Positions 14,245 through 25,916 of a DNA stretch of 64,000 nucleotides are shown one piece after another. The position numbers and the translations under genes were made by a program. Position 1 is the stretch's first letter; each line of letters opens with the position of its first letter. The notes under the pieces were generated by a model. It saw only the letters and a list, made by a program, of their open reading frames with translations, did no database searches and had not been told where the DNA came from. Source of the stretch: Gnetum montanum (taxonomy: Eukaryota > Plantae > Gnetophyta); contig MNCI01003234.1 in assembly GCA_015680685.1 (NCBI GenBank), positions 565,023 through 629,022 on the forward strand. Reading direction: 5' to 3'.

Positions 14245-15242
14245 TTAATCCTTCTTGTTATTAGAATGGGGGATATCCCCCATAACTAAACGGGTGAGCA
14301 TGGCAAGGATTAATAGTTGAAAGATGAAGATCCTTGCATGTTGGAAATATTGAAACTTGGTCATACTTACCCCATTGGGGTTCACACACCTGATTATAGT
14401 AAGCATAGTGGGAAAATTTATAAGATGTAGTTCTTGGAAGATTTTACCCACTATGATACTTGAGATCGTAAGATGGTATGCAAGGATCGGACTGTTGCCC
14501 TCCATGGATGTACTCATTGGGCCGTATGGTTGTTGGAGTGTTAATTGGTGGCCTTGATGAAGTAACATGAGGTGCTGGGTTCGAGGAGAAGGATGCACCA
14601 CAGTGTTGGACTTGTGTTGAGTGGGAGAATGTAGTGGCCTTGGAACTGTGTTGTCCCTTCCTACGGTCATGTCTAAAGAAGGGATTCCTTTGATGTTGAG
14701 GAGGTCTCACACTGTTGTTGGCAATAGTCATATAAGTAACGTTCGTGGGTTGTTGCTATGGTGTAGACACTTCAAGAAAAATTGGTGGCAATGTAGAAGG
14801 AGGGAAAGGATGAGAATGTTGAAATTTAGAAGTGTAAGGTACGCAAGGCGGTGGTTATGTTGAGGACATGGGCTAATAGTATTGACGAGAATGATAATGC
14901 GATGAGATAGAGTATGTTGACACAGTTGGGGAAACAGGATGTTGAACTCGATAAGCATTTGGATTCGGATGATACGAAGGGTGTCTCTAGTTTAGGGATG
15001 GTTTCCCCCACGACTGGGATTTTTGCCACTGTGATCGAACGTAGTATCTCTGTACAAACTCTAGGTGTAACGTGCTTCCCCAATGCTCATATAAATATAA
15101 CAAGATTGGGCATTGGCCTTTGGGCTGATTGTACAAGCAAATGTTGCATTCATACGTATGATTGGTAGTTGAGCTCTTATCTTCCTCATCCCTTCTTTCC
15201 AATTGTCTAATGATACTTTGTCCTGCTTCAAGGCTCTATCTC
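14245..15242 (-). pseudogene. gag C-terminal remnant (degenerate Zn knuckle plus Pro/Gln-rich tail)
   Basis: ECNICLYNQPKGQCPIL and RNPFFRHD align with YEICQYDHPKGCCPII and KRPFFRTN of the gag at 36.2-36.8 kb. Confidence 0.75.
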
Positions 15243-16132
15243 NNNNNNNNNNNNNNNNNNNNNNNNNNNNNNNNNNNNNNNNNNNNNNNNNNNNNNNNNN
15301 NNNNNNNNNNNNNNNNNNNNNNNNNNNNNNNNNNNNNNNNNNNNNNNNNNNNNNNNNNNNNNNNNNNNNNNNNNNNNNNNNNNNNNNNNNNNNNNNNNNN
15401 NNNNNNNNNNNNNNNNNNNNNNNNNNNNNNNNNNNNNNNNNNNNNNNNNNNNNNNNNNNNNNNNNNNNNNNNNNNNNNNNNNNNNNNNNNNNNNNNNNNN
15501 NNNNNNNNNNNNNNNNNNNNNNNNNNNNNNNNNNNNNNNNNNNNNNNNNNNNNNNNNNNNNNNNNNNNNNNNNNNNNNNNNNNNNNNNNNNNNNNNNNNN
15601 NNNNNNNNNNNNNNNNNNNNNNNNNNNNNNNNNNNNNNNNNNNNNNNNNNNNNNNNNNNNNNNNNNNNNNNNNNNNNNNNNNNNNNNNNNNNNNNNNNNN
15701 NNNNNNNNNNNNNNNNNNNNNNNNNNNNNNNNNNNNNNNNNNNNNNNNNNNNNNNNNNNNNNNNNNNNNNNNNNNNNNNNNNNNNNNNNNNNNNNNNNNN
15801 NNNNNNNNNNNNNNNNGTGGCCAGTAGGGGTTCATCGTCATCTAGTAAGTTATGCTTTCATGCGTTGGGACAATGCTACCTTCGTTTATGTTTATAAGAA
15901 ACCCCCATCTCATGTTGCGTACTCCAATCTTCATTATCATATAATTCATTGGTTCTCAAATGAATTTCCTCACTAGATATGGAATTATCGTAGTCTTGTA
16001 GGAGAGGCATGGTTGTGCAATTGTGTGTGAATTTGTATGTGACTTTTTTTAATTATTTCTTCCTAAAAGATATATCGTTAATTCCTATATAGTGACCTTG
16101 TATGATATAACTAATCTAGATAACTAGCACTG

Positions 16133-16150
16133 TCCTTGGCAATGGCGCCA
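16133..16150 (-). promoter_or_regulatory. PBS, tRNA-Asp type (Athila-like)
   Basis: Minus strand tggcgccattgccaagga, a G-to-A decayed form of tggcgccgttgccgggga. Confidence 0.8.
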
Positions 16151-16151
16151 A

Positions 16152-17018
16152 TGATGAGTGGTGAGGTACCCCTACACTCAACCATACGAATACAAGCATT
16201 TCACACATGATCCGGTTGAACCCTGCAGACAGGCTAGTTGTGGTATCTAAACAGTTACTCATAGATCGCAGTTTGCTGTCTTCCCACCTAGACTAGTATT
16301 AGCTTTGTCACGTATGGTTTAGTCCAGAGTGAGGTGTATGATGTGTTCCTATACTAATGCTACTCCTAGGACTAATGGAAAATAATATCAACTAAACTGG
16401 GAGAGAGAGAGAGGGAGTCTAAGCTAGCCTAAGTGCGATGAGCATCCGTTCCTTAATCATCTATACACATCTTGGACCTTGTGCATGACTACCACTGGGA
16501 TTACTAAGCGCATGGCCTAAGTATGCTACTGGGTTACCAAGTAGTCACACTTAAATGCTCGTGATCAAGTCGTACTCATTCTGCGTTACTAGGAGATAAA
16601 GGTAGAGAGATATTAACTACGAAAGCAATAAATAATAATAAAAAAATTAAATAATTAAACTAAGTGAATGCTGCAATGATGAAGTAATCTTGATCTTTAT
16701 TACCGGTCATGTGCATGTCCAAGTACGTCACACTCGAATAAGGATGTCATACAATTACAATCACCACACTGCGAGCATACACTAGGAGAAAAGGGTTGAG
16801 AGGAAAAACTGATGTACTAAAAAACTTATTGAAAACTTAAAATTAATAACTCTAAAAAAACTACCTACCAGATCTGTCTACCTCTTATTTATAGATGAGG
16901 AGACAAGTTGCGATATCGCATACGCGATATCATGTCTAGGCTGCAATATCGCATATGTGATATTGCGTACGCGATATCACATATGCAATATCGTGGCCAA
17001 CAAAATGATAACTCATCA
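16152..17018 (-). repeat. 5' LTR of the nested Gypsy element
   Basis: Followed on the minus strand by the PBS. Contains TATA ctataaataagagg and a gcgatatcgc motif array. Confidence 0.93.
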
Positions 17019-17023
17019 CAAAC

Positions 17024-17479
17024 TATGCAGGCTTAATCATAGATAGGAGATCCACCACCAGGTATTATACCTTTATCGGAGGAAATCTAGTCACCTGAAG
17101 GAGTAAGAAGCAAAATGTAGTAGCAAGATCCAATGTTGAATTTGAATTCAGAGTAATGGCACAAGGAATATGTGAACTGTTATGGTTGAAGATTATCCTA
17201 GAAGATCTAAGAGTCCATTGGGAAGAACTTATGAGATTACACTATGATAACAAGTCAGCTATTAACATTGCCCACAATCCCATGCAACATGACCAGACTA
17301 AGCATATTGAAATTGATAGGCACTTTATCAAAGAAAAACTTGAGAGTGGTCTTGTTTGTACACCTTATGTTTTTTCCAACTCACAACTAGTGGATGTCCT
17401 CACTAAAGGACTTTGCAATCCTCTTTTCTAAACATTGGTGTCCAAGCTAGGAATGGACAATATCTTTTCAGTAGCTTGA
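17024..17479 (+). pseudogene. Copia RNase H, continuation after the nested insertion
   Basis: YAGLIIDRRSTT, SKKQNVVARS, DNKSAINIAHNPMQHDQTKHIEIDRHFIKEKL. Confidence 0.95.
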
Positions 17480-17486
17480 GAGGGAG

Positions 17487-17733
17487 TGACAAAATTGAGT
17501 AGAAAACAATGTTGCCCTCTCAGCTAATTTATAGTTGACAAAACTGAGTAGAAAATAACGTTGCCCTCTCAGTTGATTTATAGTTAGTGATTGATTGATA
17601 TTTTGTTGATTTTTAGGAATTAGTTTGGAGATATTTTCTCCTTGATTTTCTCCATGTAATCTCTATATATACCTCTACTTGTAAACAAGAAGTAATCATG
17701 AAAAAGATTTTCCTTTCTTTTCAAATTTTGTCA
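17487..17733 (+). repeat. Copia 3' LTR
   Basis: Preceded by PPT gagagggag (17478-17486); about 89% identical to the 5' LTR. Confidence 0.95.
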
Positions 17734-18372
17734 AAAATGTGAGGACATGTTTTCCTTTCTTTTCAAATTTTGTCAACAATGTGAGGACATGTGAACTGCA
17801 TGACCACGTAGTTGATATCTAAAACTATGATGGAAATAGTGTTAAATATATGCAATTCACATATCATCTCGTAGTTTGTAATTGATGCCATGTGATGCAC
17901 TACAACATACATGAGCTCGCAATACAAGTGAACAATGTGAAATCATGCAAACCGCATGACCTCGTAGTCTCTATTCAAAGCAATGATGAAAACATTGCTA
18001 TGAGCATGCAAATCACACCAATCTTGTAGTACCCCAAGCAAGGCAAGAAATTTGAGATATATGCTATTGAAATTTTTTGGTCTTTTCAATAGAATTATAG
18101 TTTATGTCATCATGAGGTGAGTTTCTATTATGTTGCTTAATCCATAGCTCCAAAATTATGACTATACTAGGGCATTACAGGTCATCGTAAAATTCTTCTC
18201 TACCATTATTGTCAAATGCAGATGATTACTATTTAACGAGTAATGGTAAGCACACTACACTATCACTATCACCAAAATTATGTTGAGCATATGTGATCTT
18301 AAAAAAATAGATCATTTCACAAATCTTAGTTTTAAGGTGGTTAGATACTAAGAACAATATTTATGAAATTTT

Positions 18373-20510
18373 AAAGGTTTCACTACCTTCTGAATGGCCT
18401 CCAACCTTTCGAATGATCCTTGGCCTTTTAGTAGCAACAAATTATAAGCAATTTTTGCCTTATAGAAGGATAGGATGTCTTTTAGTAGGGATTGCGAGAG
18501 GGTGCTAGTCACACCACCTCATAGTCTAGCTCAAATTTGCAATCGAATGTCCATTTGCCTTTCAAAAAACATGATCTCGGAGCAACTAAACCCTTCTGGA
18601 AGGTTCAACTACCTTCTGGTTGGTCTCTAGCCTTCCAAATGACCCTCTACCTTCTAGTCAAAATACATTGTAAGCAATTGTTGCCTTCTAGCAGGACTGA
18701 GTGCCTTCTAGTAGGGACTACGAGAGGGTGCTGGTTGCACCACCCTATAGTCTAGCTCAAATATGCAACCAGATGACCCTTTACCTTCTAGAAGTCACAA
18801 CCTTGGAGTAATTGGACCCTTCTAAAAGGTTTGACTACCTTTCAGATGATCTCTAGCCTTTCGATAGCAACAAATTGCAAGCAATTGTTGCCTTCTAACA
18901 AGATTGGGTTTCTTCCAATAGGAACTATGGGAGGGTGTTGGTTGCACCACCTCATAGTCTAGCTTGAATTGGCAATCAAATGACCCTCTACCTTTCAGAA
19001 GCAACGATCTTGGAGCAATTGAACCCTTCCAGAAGGTTTGACTACCTTTTGAATTACCCTTAGCCTTCCAATAGTAACAAATTGCAAGGAATTGTTGCCT
19101 ATTGGAAGGAATGGATGCCTTTTGGTAGGGACTGCAAGAGGGTGTTGGTCGCACCACCCTGTAGTCTAGCTCAAATTTGCAATCAGATGATCCTTTGCCT
19201 TCTAGAAGCCACAACCTTGGAGTAATTGGACCCTTCTAAAAGGTTTGACTACCTTTCAGATGATCTCTAGCCTTTTGATAGCAACAAATTGCAAGCAATT
19301 GTTGCCTTATGACAAGATTGGGTTTCTTCCGATAGGAACTATGGGAGGGTGCTGGTTGCACCACCTCATAGTCTAGCTTGAATTCGCAATCAAATGACCC
19401 TCTACCTTTTAGAAGTGACGATCTTGGAGCAATTGAACCCTTCTAGAAGGTTCGACTACCTTCTGGATTACCCTTAGCCTTCCAATAGTAAAAAATTGCA
19501 AGGAATTGTTGCCTATTGGAAGGAACGGATGTCTTTTGGCAGGGACTACAAGAGGGTGTTGGTCACACCACCCTGTAGTCTAGCTCAAATTTTCAATTGG
19601 ATGATCCTTTGCCTTCCAAAGTCCATGATCTTGAAATAATTAAATCCTATTGAAAGGTTTGACTACCTTCTGGATAATCTCTAGCCTTTTGAAATGGTCC
19701 TTGACCTTCTAGTCACAAAAAATTGCAAATAATTATTGCCAGCTAGATTGGGTATCTTCCTGTAGGAACTGCAGGAGGATGCTAGTTGCACCACTTCATA
19801 GTGTAGCTCAAATATGCAACTAGATGACCCTCTAAATTTTAGAAGTTGTGATCTTGGAGTAATTGAACCCTTCTAGAAGGTTTGATTACCTTCTAGATGA
19901 CCCTCGACCTTTTGATAGCAACAAATTGCAAGCAATTGTTGCTTGATGCCTTCTGGTAAGGATTATGGAAGGGTGCTAGTTGCACCACCCTATAGCCTAG
20001 TTCAAATCTACAATCAAATACCCCTCTTCCTTTTGAAAGCCACAATCTTGAAGCAATTGAACCCTTCTAGAAGGTTTGAATGCCTTTTGAATGATCCTAT
20101 CCTTTCCAATAGCATCAAATTACAAGTAATTTTTTCCTTCTGGAAGAATTTAGTGCCTTCTGGTTAGGATTGTGGGAGGGTGCTAGATGCACTTGATCAT
20201 AGTTTACATAGACTGTGCTTTTGGTTAACGCTCTGCCATCTAGTAGTCATGATTTCCTAGCAATTCTTCACATCTAAAAGGTCTTAATGCCTTCTCAATG
20301 ATCCTATCCCTTCTAGTAGCATCAAGTTACAAGCAATTTTTCCCTATTGGAAGGATTCAATGCCTTCTGATTGGGACTGCAAGAGAGTGCTAGATGCATT
20401 GGCTTGCAATTTACCTAGATCGTGCTTCCGATTGAGACTTTGCCATCCAAAAGCCATGATCTCTTAGCAATTCTTCGCAACCAAAAGGTCTTGATGTCTT
20501 CTAGTTGACC
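18373..20510. repeat. Tandem array of about 10 units of about 207 bp (some 225-230 bp) with a 414-bp dimeric higher-order repeat
   Basis: Recurring aaggtttgactaccttc, gcaacaaattgcaagcaattgttgcc and caccacc..tagtctagctcaaat. 18787-19200 is nearly identical to 19201-19614. Confidence 0.95.
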
Positions 20511-21599
20511 CTCTTCATTCCAGTGGAAACTACATGACACTGCAAGCCGCATTAACATCGCAACACGAAGTTGAGAATAATTTGTACACAATGCATTAAA
20601 CTATGGCTCCCATGTCATCACAGATTGACTTAGAAGGTTGCGAGTGCATGCAAATCACATGTTTTTTAGAAATTGCAATGCCTTGCCAAACACATGGTTT
20701 TGCAACTTTGGTATGCAAGACAATGCATCACACATTTGCCTCATAGCCTAAAAAATTGTAAAGTTGTAATTCGCACTCAAGTCATAGCCTGAAATAGAGA
20801 CGTTCTCATCATAGTGCAATAAATTGCAACTCACATGTCCTCGCATATTGAAGATAGTGCACGATTCTGCGATGCACATGTTGTCATAGTCTATCACTGA
20901 GAGGTGCAAGGTCATGCGAATTGCAATATGAATGAAGTGTAATGCCTTGCAACATGCATGTTATTGCACTAAACCTTCAAGCTATAAACTATAAACTTCT
21001 TCTTACAATGTGCTATTCAAAAATGCAAAATTAGCATCCATTTGTTATAATTCTATACCTCTATGAGTAGTAAAAGAAACCATGAGTTATGAACTAATGT
21101 AAAAATTTCATGTTATGGGCTATTTCATTTGTTAAATTCTTGGAAACCAAGTTTGGATGTAGCATTATGAACTAAATATTATTTAGTGTTACAAATAAAG
21201 TCCCTCTAAGTGTAAGGATTAAATATTATTTGGTGTTACCAAGAGCCTCCCATTGAGTGTTATGGATAGAATATTATTAAGTGTTATTAATATGCAATTG
21301 GTGCTTGGCCTCTTGGCTAAAATTAAAAGGAAAATTTTACAATCTCCTAAAATAGTGAGTCTTAAAGAATGAAAATGTTGAAACTGGTGTAGAATTAATA
21401 GTAAATAAAAACAAATACTAGGAATATATAATCATTATAACCAAAATCATTTATAGAATCATGGAAGAGATGCATTTACAACACATAATACATCTAGAAC
21501 ATGTTCACTGCAATTACATCACATAATTAGATTTAGTTACATCAAAAAATACATCTAAACCATGTTCACTACAATTCTCATTTAGTATATGATGCAAAC

Positions 21600-23997
21600 A
21601 CAAGTTTTTCCAAACTTGATGAGCTCTAGGAGAACTTAGAATTTCCTATATTATGGTCTTTCAATGCATTGAAACATAATTGGAAGTGAAATTCAAGTCT
21701 TTACAAAGTACCAAGTGATGCATAAAGATTATTGTATACATTCCACAATCATATCCATTTTCTTGTTTTAGAAGACCATCAACAGTAATAACATTTCATT
21801 TTGAAGTTAATTTCTTTCTCTTTTTCTTGATTTCAATGATGCCATCAGAGCAAAAAGACTCATCATCAAATAAATAGCCAATAAAATTCAGCATCAATTT
21901 CCTAACTGTTGCAAGATGCTATGATGAGGGCATTGAATCATATACCAAAATCTTAAATGCCAATACATCAACAACAATAAGAACCTAATGCCCACCAGTG
22001 TTGAAAGGAAGATAGAAGAATGTGTATCTAGATTGCAAGAACTCATCTCAACATGTTTTATCTTTAAGCTCTTTAACAATATCTATTTCTACAACATAAT
22101 CATCAACTTCTTCTTTAACATATGTTCCACTTTCAACATTTATGATGTCTTTTGCTGCTTTTCTATATTTCGACTAGTTTTTCTGAGACACCTGCATCTT
22201 GCTTTCAAAGATCTTTGCATAACATTGAAACATAGTGTTGAAGATGAAATATTTTGTATTCTGAAATTCATGAAAACCATAGAGAGACTTTTGAAATTCC
22301 TTTAAGTGCATGATGTAGACATCTATGATGTCATCGTCCAACCATTCTTTCCACCCTTTATTATATAACGTCTTAAAAGAGAATCCTATGGTAACATATG
22401 GGGTAAATGATGTCCTCATTAGCTCTTTATTGTGAAGTAAACTAAAAATAAGCAACTGCATCACTCTATAAATTGTTGCATAGTCATCAATTAGTGTTTT
22501 AAAATCAACATTAGCATTAACTGCAAGGTGGAAAAATTAGATAGTAAACTTAGATTTCATTTTACACTTATAGTTTCATAAATATAATAAGGCAATAATA
22601 ATAGCATTCACCCTGATAGCACTAAACATAACAATAATAAGTTCAGTTACTTGTTTCTTTTTGAAAATTCTTCGTCTCATGGATTATTTGTTCTTTATTG
22701 TATGCAGCTGAAAAAAATAATCTCTTGGTTGCTCTGGGTGTATCCACATCACTCAAATCTGTTACTTACATCAACATTAAGGACATTAAAAAAGAAGCTT
22801 CCACAAATAATAAATATTTAAAGAAATAAAGAAAATGTACAACATCGTACCATTATTAGGGTATTCTATGATGTTACTTCTATCAAGGTGAATGTTTTTT
22901 GCCACCAATGCATTCCTTAGCACACATATTTTAGTATTTAGTACTACAATTTCATCACCCATTTTCTAAATTCAGACAACAAGCTTTTCCATGCAACTAT
23001 TTTCATTGGTCATAGTGTTCTCTATTTTTTCCTTCAGTGCATTGATTTTTTCTAGCAACCGAGACTTGTCAAATCTCAACTCCTCCACAGTATTCCTAAG
23101 TGTTGCATTGCTTTTGGAATATGACATAATGTCTTGATCACATTATCTAACTTGTCTTTGATTGCTTTTAAAGAACATTTTTCGTGATGACATACATTTT
23201 TCTTAGAAGGTTTCTCATCTATTTTGACATTAGATGAGGATTCATGCCTCTCAAACAATGATGCATTCTTGAAAAATGCTATTACGATCCAACTTCACTA
23301 TATCGTGAAGTTGCACAAGGATAAATTGTATGTTATGCTTCTATAACAATTTACTCAGTATAATTGACTAGCCAAGAGATTCTTTAACATCTTGAAACTA
23401 CCATGCCCTTCCATGTCTCCTCATCTCAAACAGTATGGTCATTAGGATATCAAAAGAAAAACCTCCATTGTTATCCAATGCCTACATGAGTTAAATTACA
23501 TTATTGGAAATCTTAGCTTTGATTGCTTTCATTGGAAATTAAGCCCACTACATAAATTTGGAGAGCAACAATAACTTCATATAGTAATTTAGGTCGTTAT
23601 CTCTCTTATCAAATTGTTGGTCATAGTAAATCAAGTGAATTTCACTTTTCTTCCACCTTCGTTCGTTAATAGCTAACTCTTTGCTACATGAAACTTATAT
23701 GATATCTACAATATCATTTGCGTTGAAGGTGAAATTTTGACAATGGACAATGGCGTACAAAGTATTTACCCCATTTGAGACATCATCGGTTAGCCATTCA
23801 TAAAAATTGTAAACAAGATTTTTATCATAGTAGCCTTTCATTGTCATCCATTTATATATTCCAATTCTCCTTAACTTCTTAGAAAGAATGGACATTTCTA
23901 GCAACTCCAAAATAGTTTCAACATTATATTCACAAACTAAGGTAATAGTTGCAATTTCAGAAATTAAATAACATTTAGAATAACATAGCACAAACAA
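21600..23997 (-). pseudogene. Decayed multi-exon TE gene B: Transposase_32-like N-terminal domain plus Ulp1/C48 cysteine protease
   Basis: YYDKNLVYNFY...FTFNANDIVDII; WLDDDIIDVYI; YLPFNTGGH*VLIVVD...VYDSM (21931-22014); KQENGYDCG (21742-21768). The His/Asp/Cys triad motifs are all visible. Confidence 0.8.
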
Positions 23998-24569
23998 ACT
24001 TGATGAACAACTGTATTGATGTATTTTTGAAATAACTAAAATTCAAAACATACAATTACTCACATGGAATATATTTTTGGTTGTTGCTTTTAGCTTTTAC
24101 CACACTTATGATTGGATATCACTTGGACAACAATTAGCCAACTATAGCTATATGCATTAAAATTAACATTATTACCACAGATTAGAAAGAATGGTCAGTA
24201 GTAGCAGCAGTTCACTCGTAAATGTACTACTAGCAAATTGCAAGGTGCAATTCTTTTATAATCTAAAACCAAAAATAAGTAAACAACAGTGCCACAAAAC
24301 TGCGCGTCGTAGCATACCATACTAAATATATTTCAACAACAATGCGAGGCACATGTCTCTTGTAAACAAAAACAGAAACATAAAACAATAGTGCTACGAA
24401 ACTATGTGTCACATTGTAATCGTAGTTTTCGAATACAAATTTCAAATACGAATAAATTCAACAAATAGTGTAAAGCACAGGTCTATTGCAATTAAAAACC
24501 AAAACCAAAACATTTAAAAAATAGTGTCATGAAACTATGCTTCACAAGTTGTAGTCCTTCATAAAATAA

Positions 24570-24650
24570 AAAATGGATTGATGAGAGTCGCACTACATGG
24601 CATGTTTCAAAAATGGATTCATGAGAGTCGCACTACATGGCATGTTTCAA
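24570..24650. repeat. Tandem duplication of about 40 bp
   Basis: aaatggatt(g/c)atgagagtcgcactacatggcatgtttcaa twice. Confidence 0.9.
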
Positions 24651-25427
24651 ACCTGAAGTGTGAGTTGCATAAACTTAGACAGCAAAAAAAATTATATGTG
24701 AGATGCATTATGTCCCATACTCAAATGATTTTCAAAAAAATAAAAGTGCAAGATGCATAGCCTTGCACCGAAATTGACCTAAACCCCTAACGCTAAACCA
24801 TTGAACTTAAACAAGCAAACCAATGCGAATTATAAACAAAAAAAAAAGGTAAAGTAAATGGTGCACGATTCTTCACTAGACGTGGTGCAGCCGAGGATGG
24901 AGAAGCGGAGCAGAGGTGACCAAAGTTGGGCACAGCGAAGGACAACGCGATGAAGCAGAGAGAGAGAGAGAAGCGTAGGAATGGCAAAGTGCAGAGGCAG
25001 CGGTGCTGGACCAGAGCCAAAAGGCAGAGCATCAAGCAACAAGGTACTCGAATTTGTTACGGGGCCGTTCATCAAAACGGGATTTTGTTTTTGTTTTTTT
25101 ACAATCCGTGTTATGTTAACCCATATTTGCATCACCTCACCTCATGGGTATCCTGTGAAGCCATGACCATGGCCATGGGTGGATTATCATCCATCCACGA
25201 TGGATGGCATGCATGCCTTCATACATGTCCCATAGGTCATTCATGGCCTAATGCCAACAACACAACGTTTGCCCGCCCTCACTGGCGAACGTCGAAACTC
25301 TGCATAGTTCTCTTCAGAATCGTTTGCGGTTCATCCCAGATTCTTCTTGTTTCATCATATCTGAGGCTTGTCTTCGAAAGTTAGCAGGGAGTCGCGATAG
25401 ATTGCAAGAAGCAACCGGTAGCAGGAA

Positions 25428-25916
25428 ATGGCGTTATCGCGGCTTCTGAGAGAGATTCCTAGAAGAAAGGCAGCCATAGCCGCCGGCTATGGCTTCTTTG
25501 CCAATTCCTCCTGTTCGTCTGCAACTCCAGTCACGCCCGCTGTCTGTTGGCGTGTGCACTGTTCATCGAATTTTGGCATAGGACGGGCATTCGCACAAAT
25601 AACACCGATGACCTCATTTATGAGCAGAAGGATGTTCGGGTCGGATTCGAAGAGTTTTGATTACAGTCAAGAAATGGATGAGATCAATGAAAAGTTTGCG
25701 GAGGCAAGAGAAGAGATCGAAGCGGCTTTGGAGTCGAAAGACACAGTCTACTTCAACGAGGAGGCCGAAAGTGCCCAGGCCCTCGTCAAGGAAACCCTTG
25801 AAATGTTCGAGGCGCTTCTGGCAAAGCTTCCAGAATCCGAGAAAGCGGCTTTGCAGAGATCCATGGCGTTGAGGATGGAGCAGCTCAAAGCCGAGGTTAA
25901 GCAGCTCGATGAATAA
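25428..25916 (+). CDS. Embryogenesis-like protein, 162 aa, intronless, probable mitochondrial presequence
   Basis: Intact ORF in CpG-rich DNA. Arg/Ser/Ala-rich N-terminus and conserved-looking helical domain EINEKFAEAREEIEAALESKDTVYFNEEAESA...LQRSMALRMEQLKAE, recognised from the plant embryogenesis-like family. Confidence 0.88.
   Translation: MALSRLLREIPRRKAAIAAGYGFFANSSCSSATPVTPAVCWRVHCSSNFGIGRAFAQITPMTSFMSRRMFGSDSKSFDYSQEMDEINEKFAEAREEIEAALESKDTVYFNEEAESAQALVKETLEMFEALLAKLPESEKAALQRSMALRMEQLKAEVKQLDE

Larger units (their letters stand above)
8525..17018 (-). mobile_element. Non-autonomous Athila-like Ty3/Gypsy LTR element (gag remnant plus extra ORF, no pol) nested in Copia RNase H
   Basis: LTRs 8525-9338 and 16152-17018 with termini TGATGAGT..ACTCATCA. 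Degenerate 5-bp TSD cagat/caaac, ancestral cagac restoring the D-A-D-Y codons. tRNA-Asp-like PBS and G-rich PPT on the minus strand. Confidence 0.92.
4996..17733 (+). mobile_element. Ty1/Copia LTR retrotransposon, degenerate, most of gag deleted, interrupted by a nested Gypsy element
   Basis: 247-bp LTRs TGACA..TCA at 4996-5242 and 17487-17733 (about 26 differences). PBS tggtatcagagc, PPT gagagggag, domain order Zn-knuckle/PR/INT/RT/RH. Confidence 0.97.
280..25122. mobile_element. Probable large Mutator-like (KAONASHI/VANDAL-type) DNA transposon region hosting the LTR insertions; left end not seen
   Basis: Ulp1-bearing gene, second accessory gene, internal repeat arrays, possible terminus ...ttatgttaaccc at 25122. 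No transposase, TIR pair or TSD is visible, so it could be two elements. Confidence 0.35.

Noticed and set aside
15162-15976. Long ORFs across N runs (also 52056-52640 and 62193-62970)
   Set aside because: Artefacts of translating gaps.
4996-17733. Horizontal transfer of the Copia element
   Set aside because: Cannot be assessed without host identity and database comparison.
18373-20510. CRISPR-like array or repeat-protein gene
   Set aside because: Eukaryotic context, no unique spacers, whole units repeat, and most units contain stops.
24793-25384. Overlapping ORFs of 60-150 aa upstream of the embryogenesis-like gene
   Set aside because: No recognisable domains; expected in GC-richer promoter DNA.
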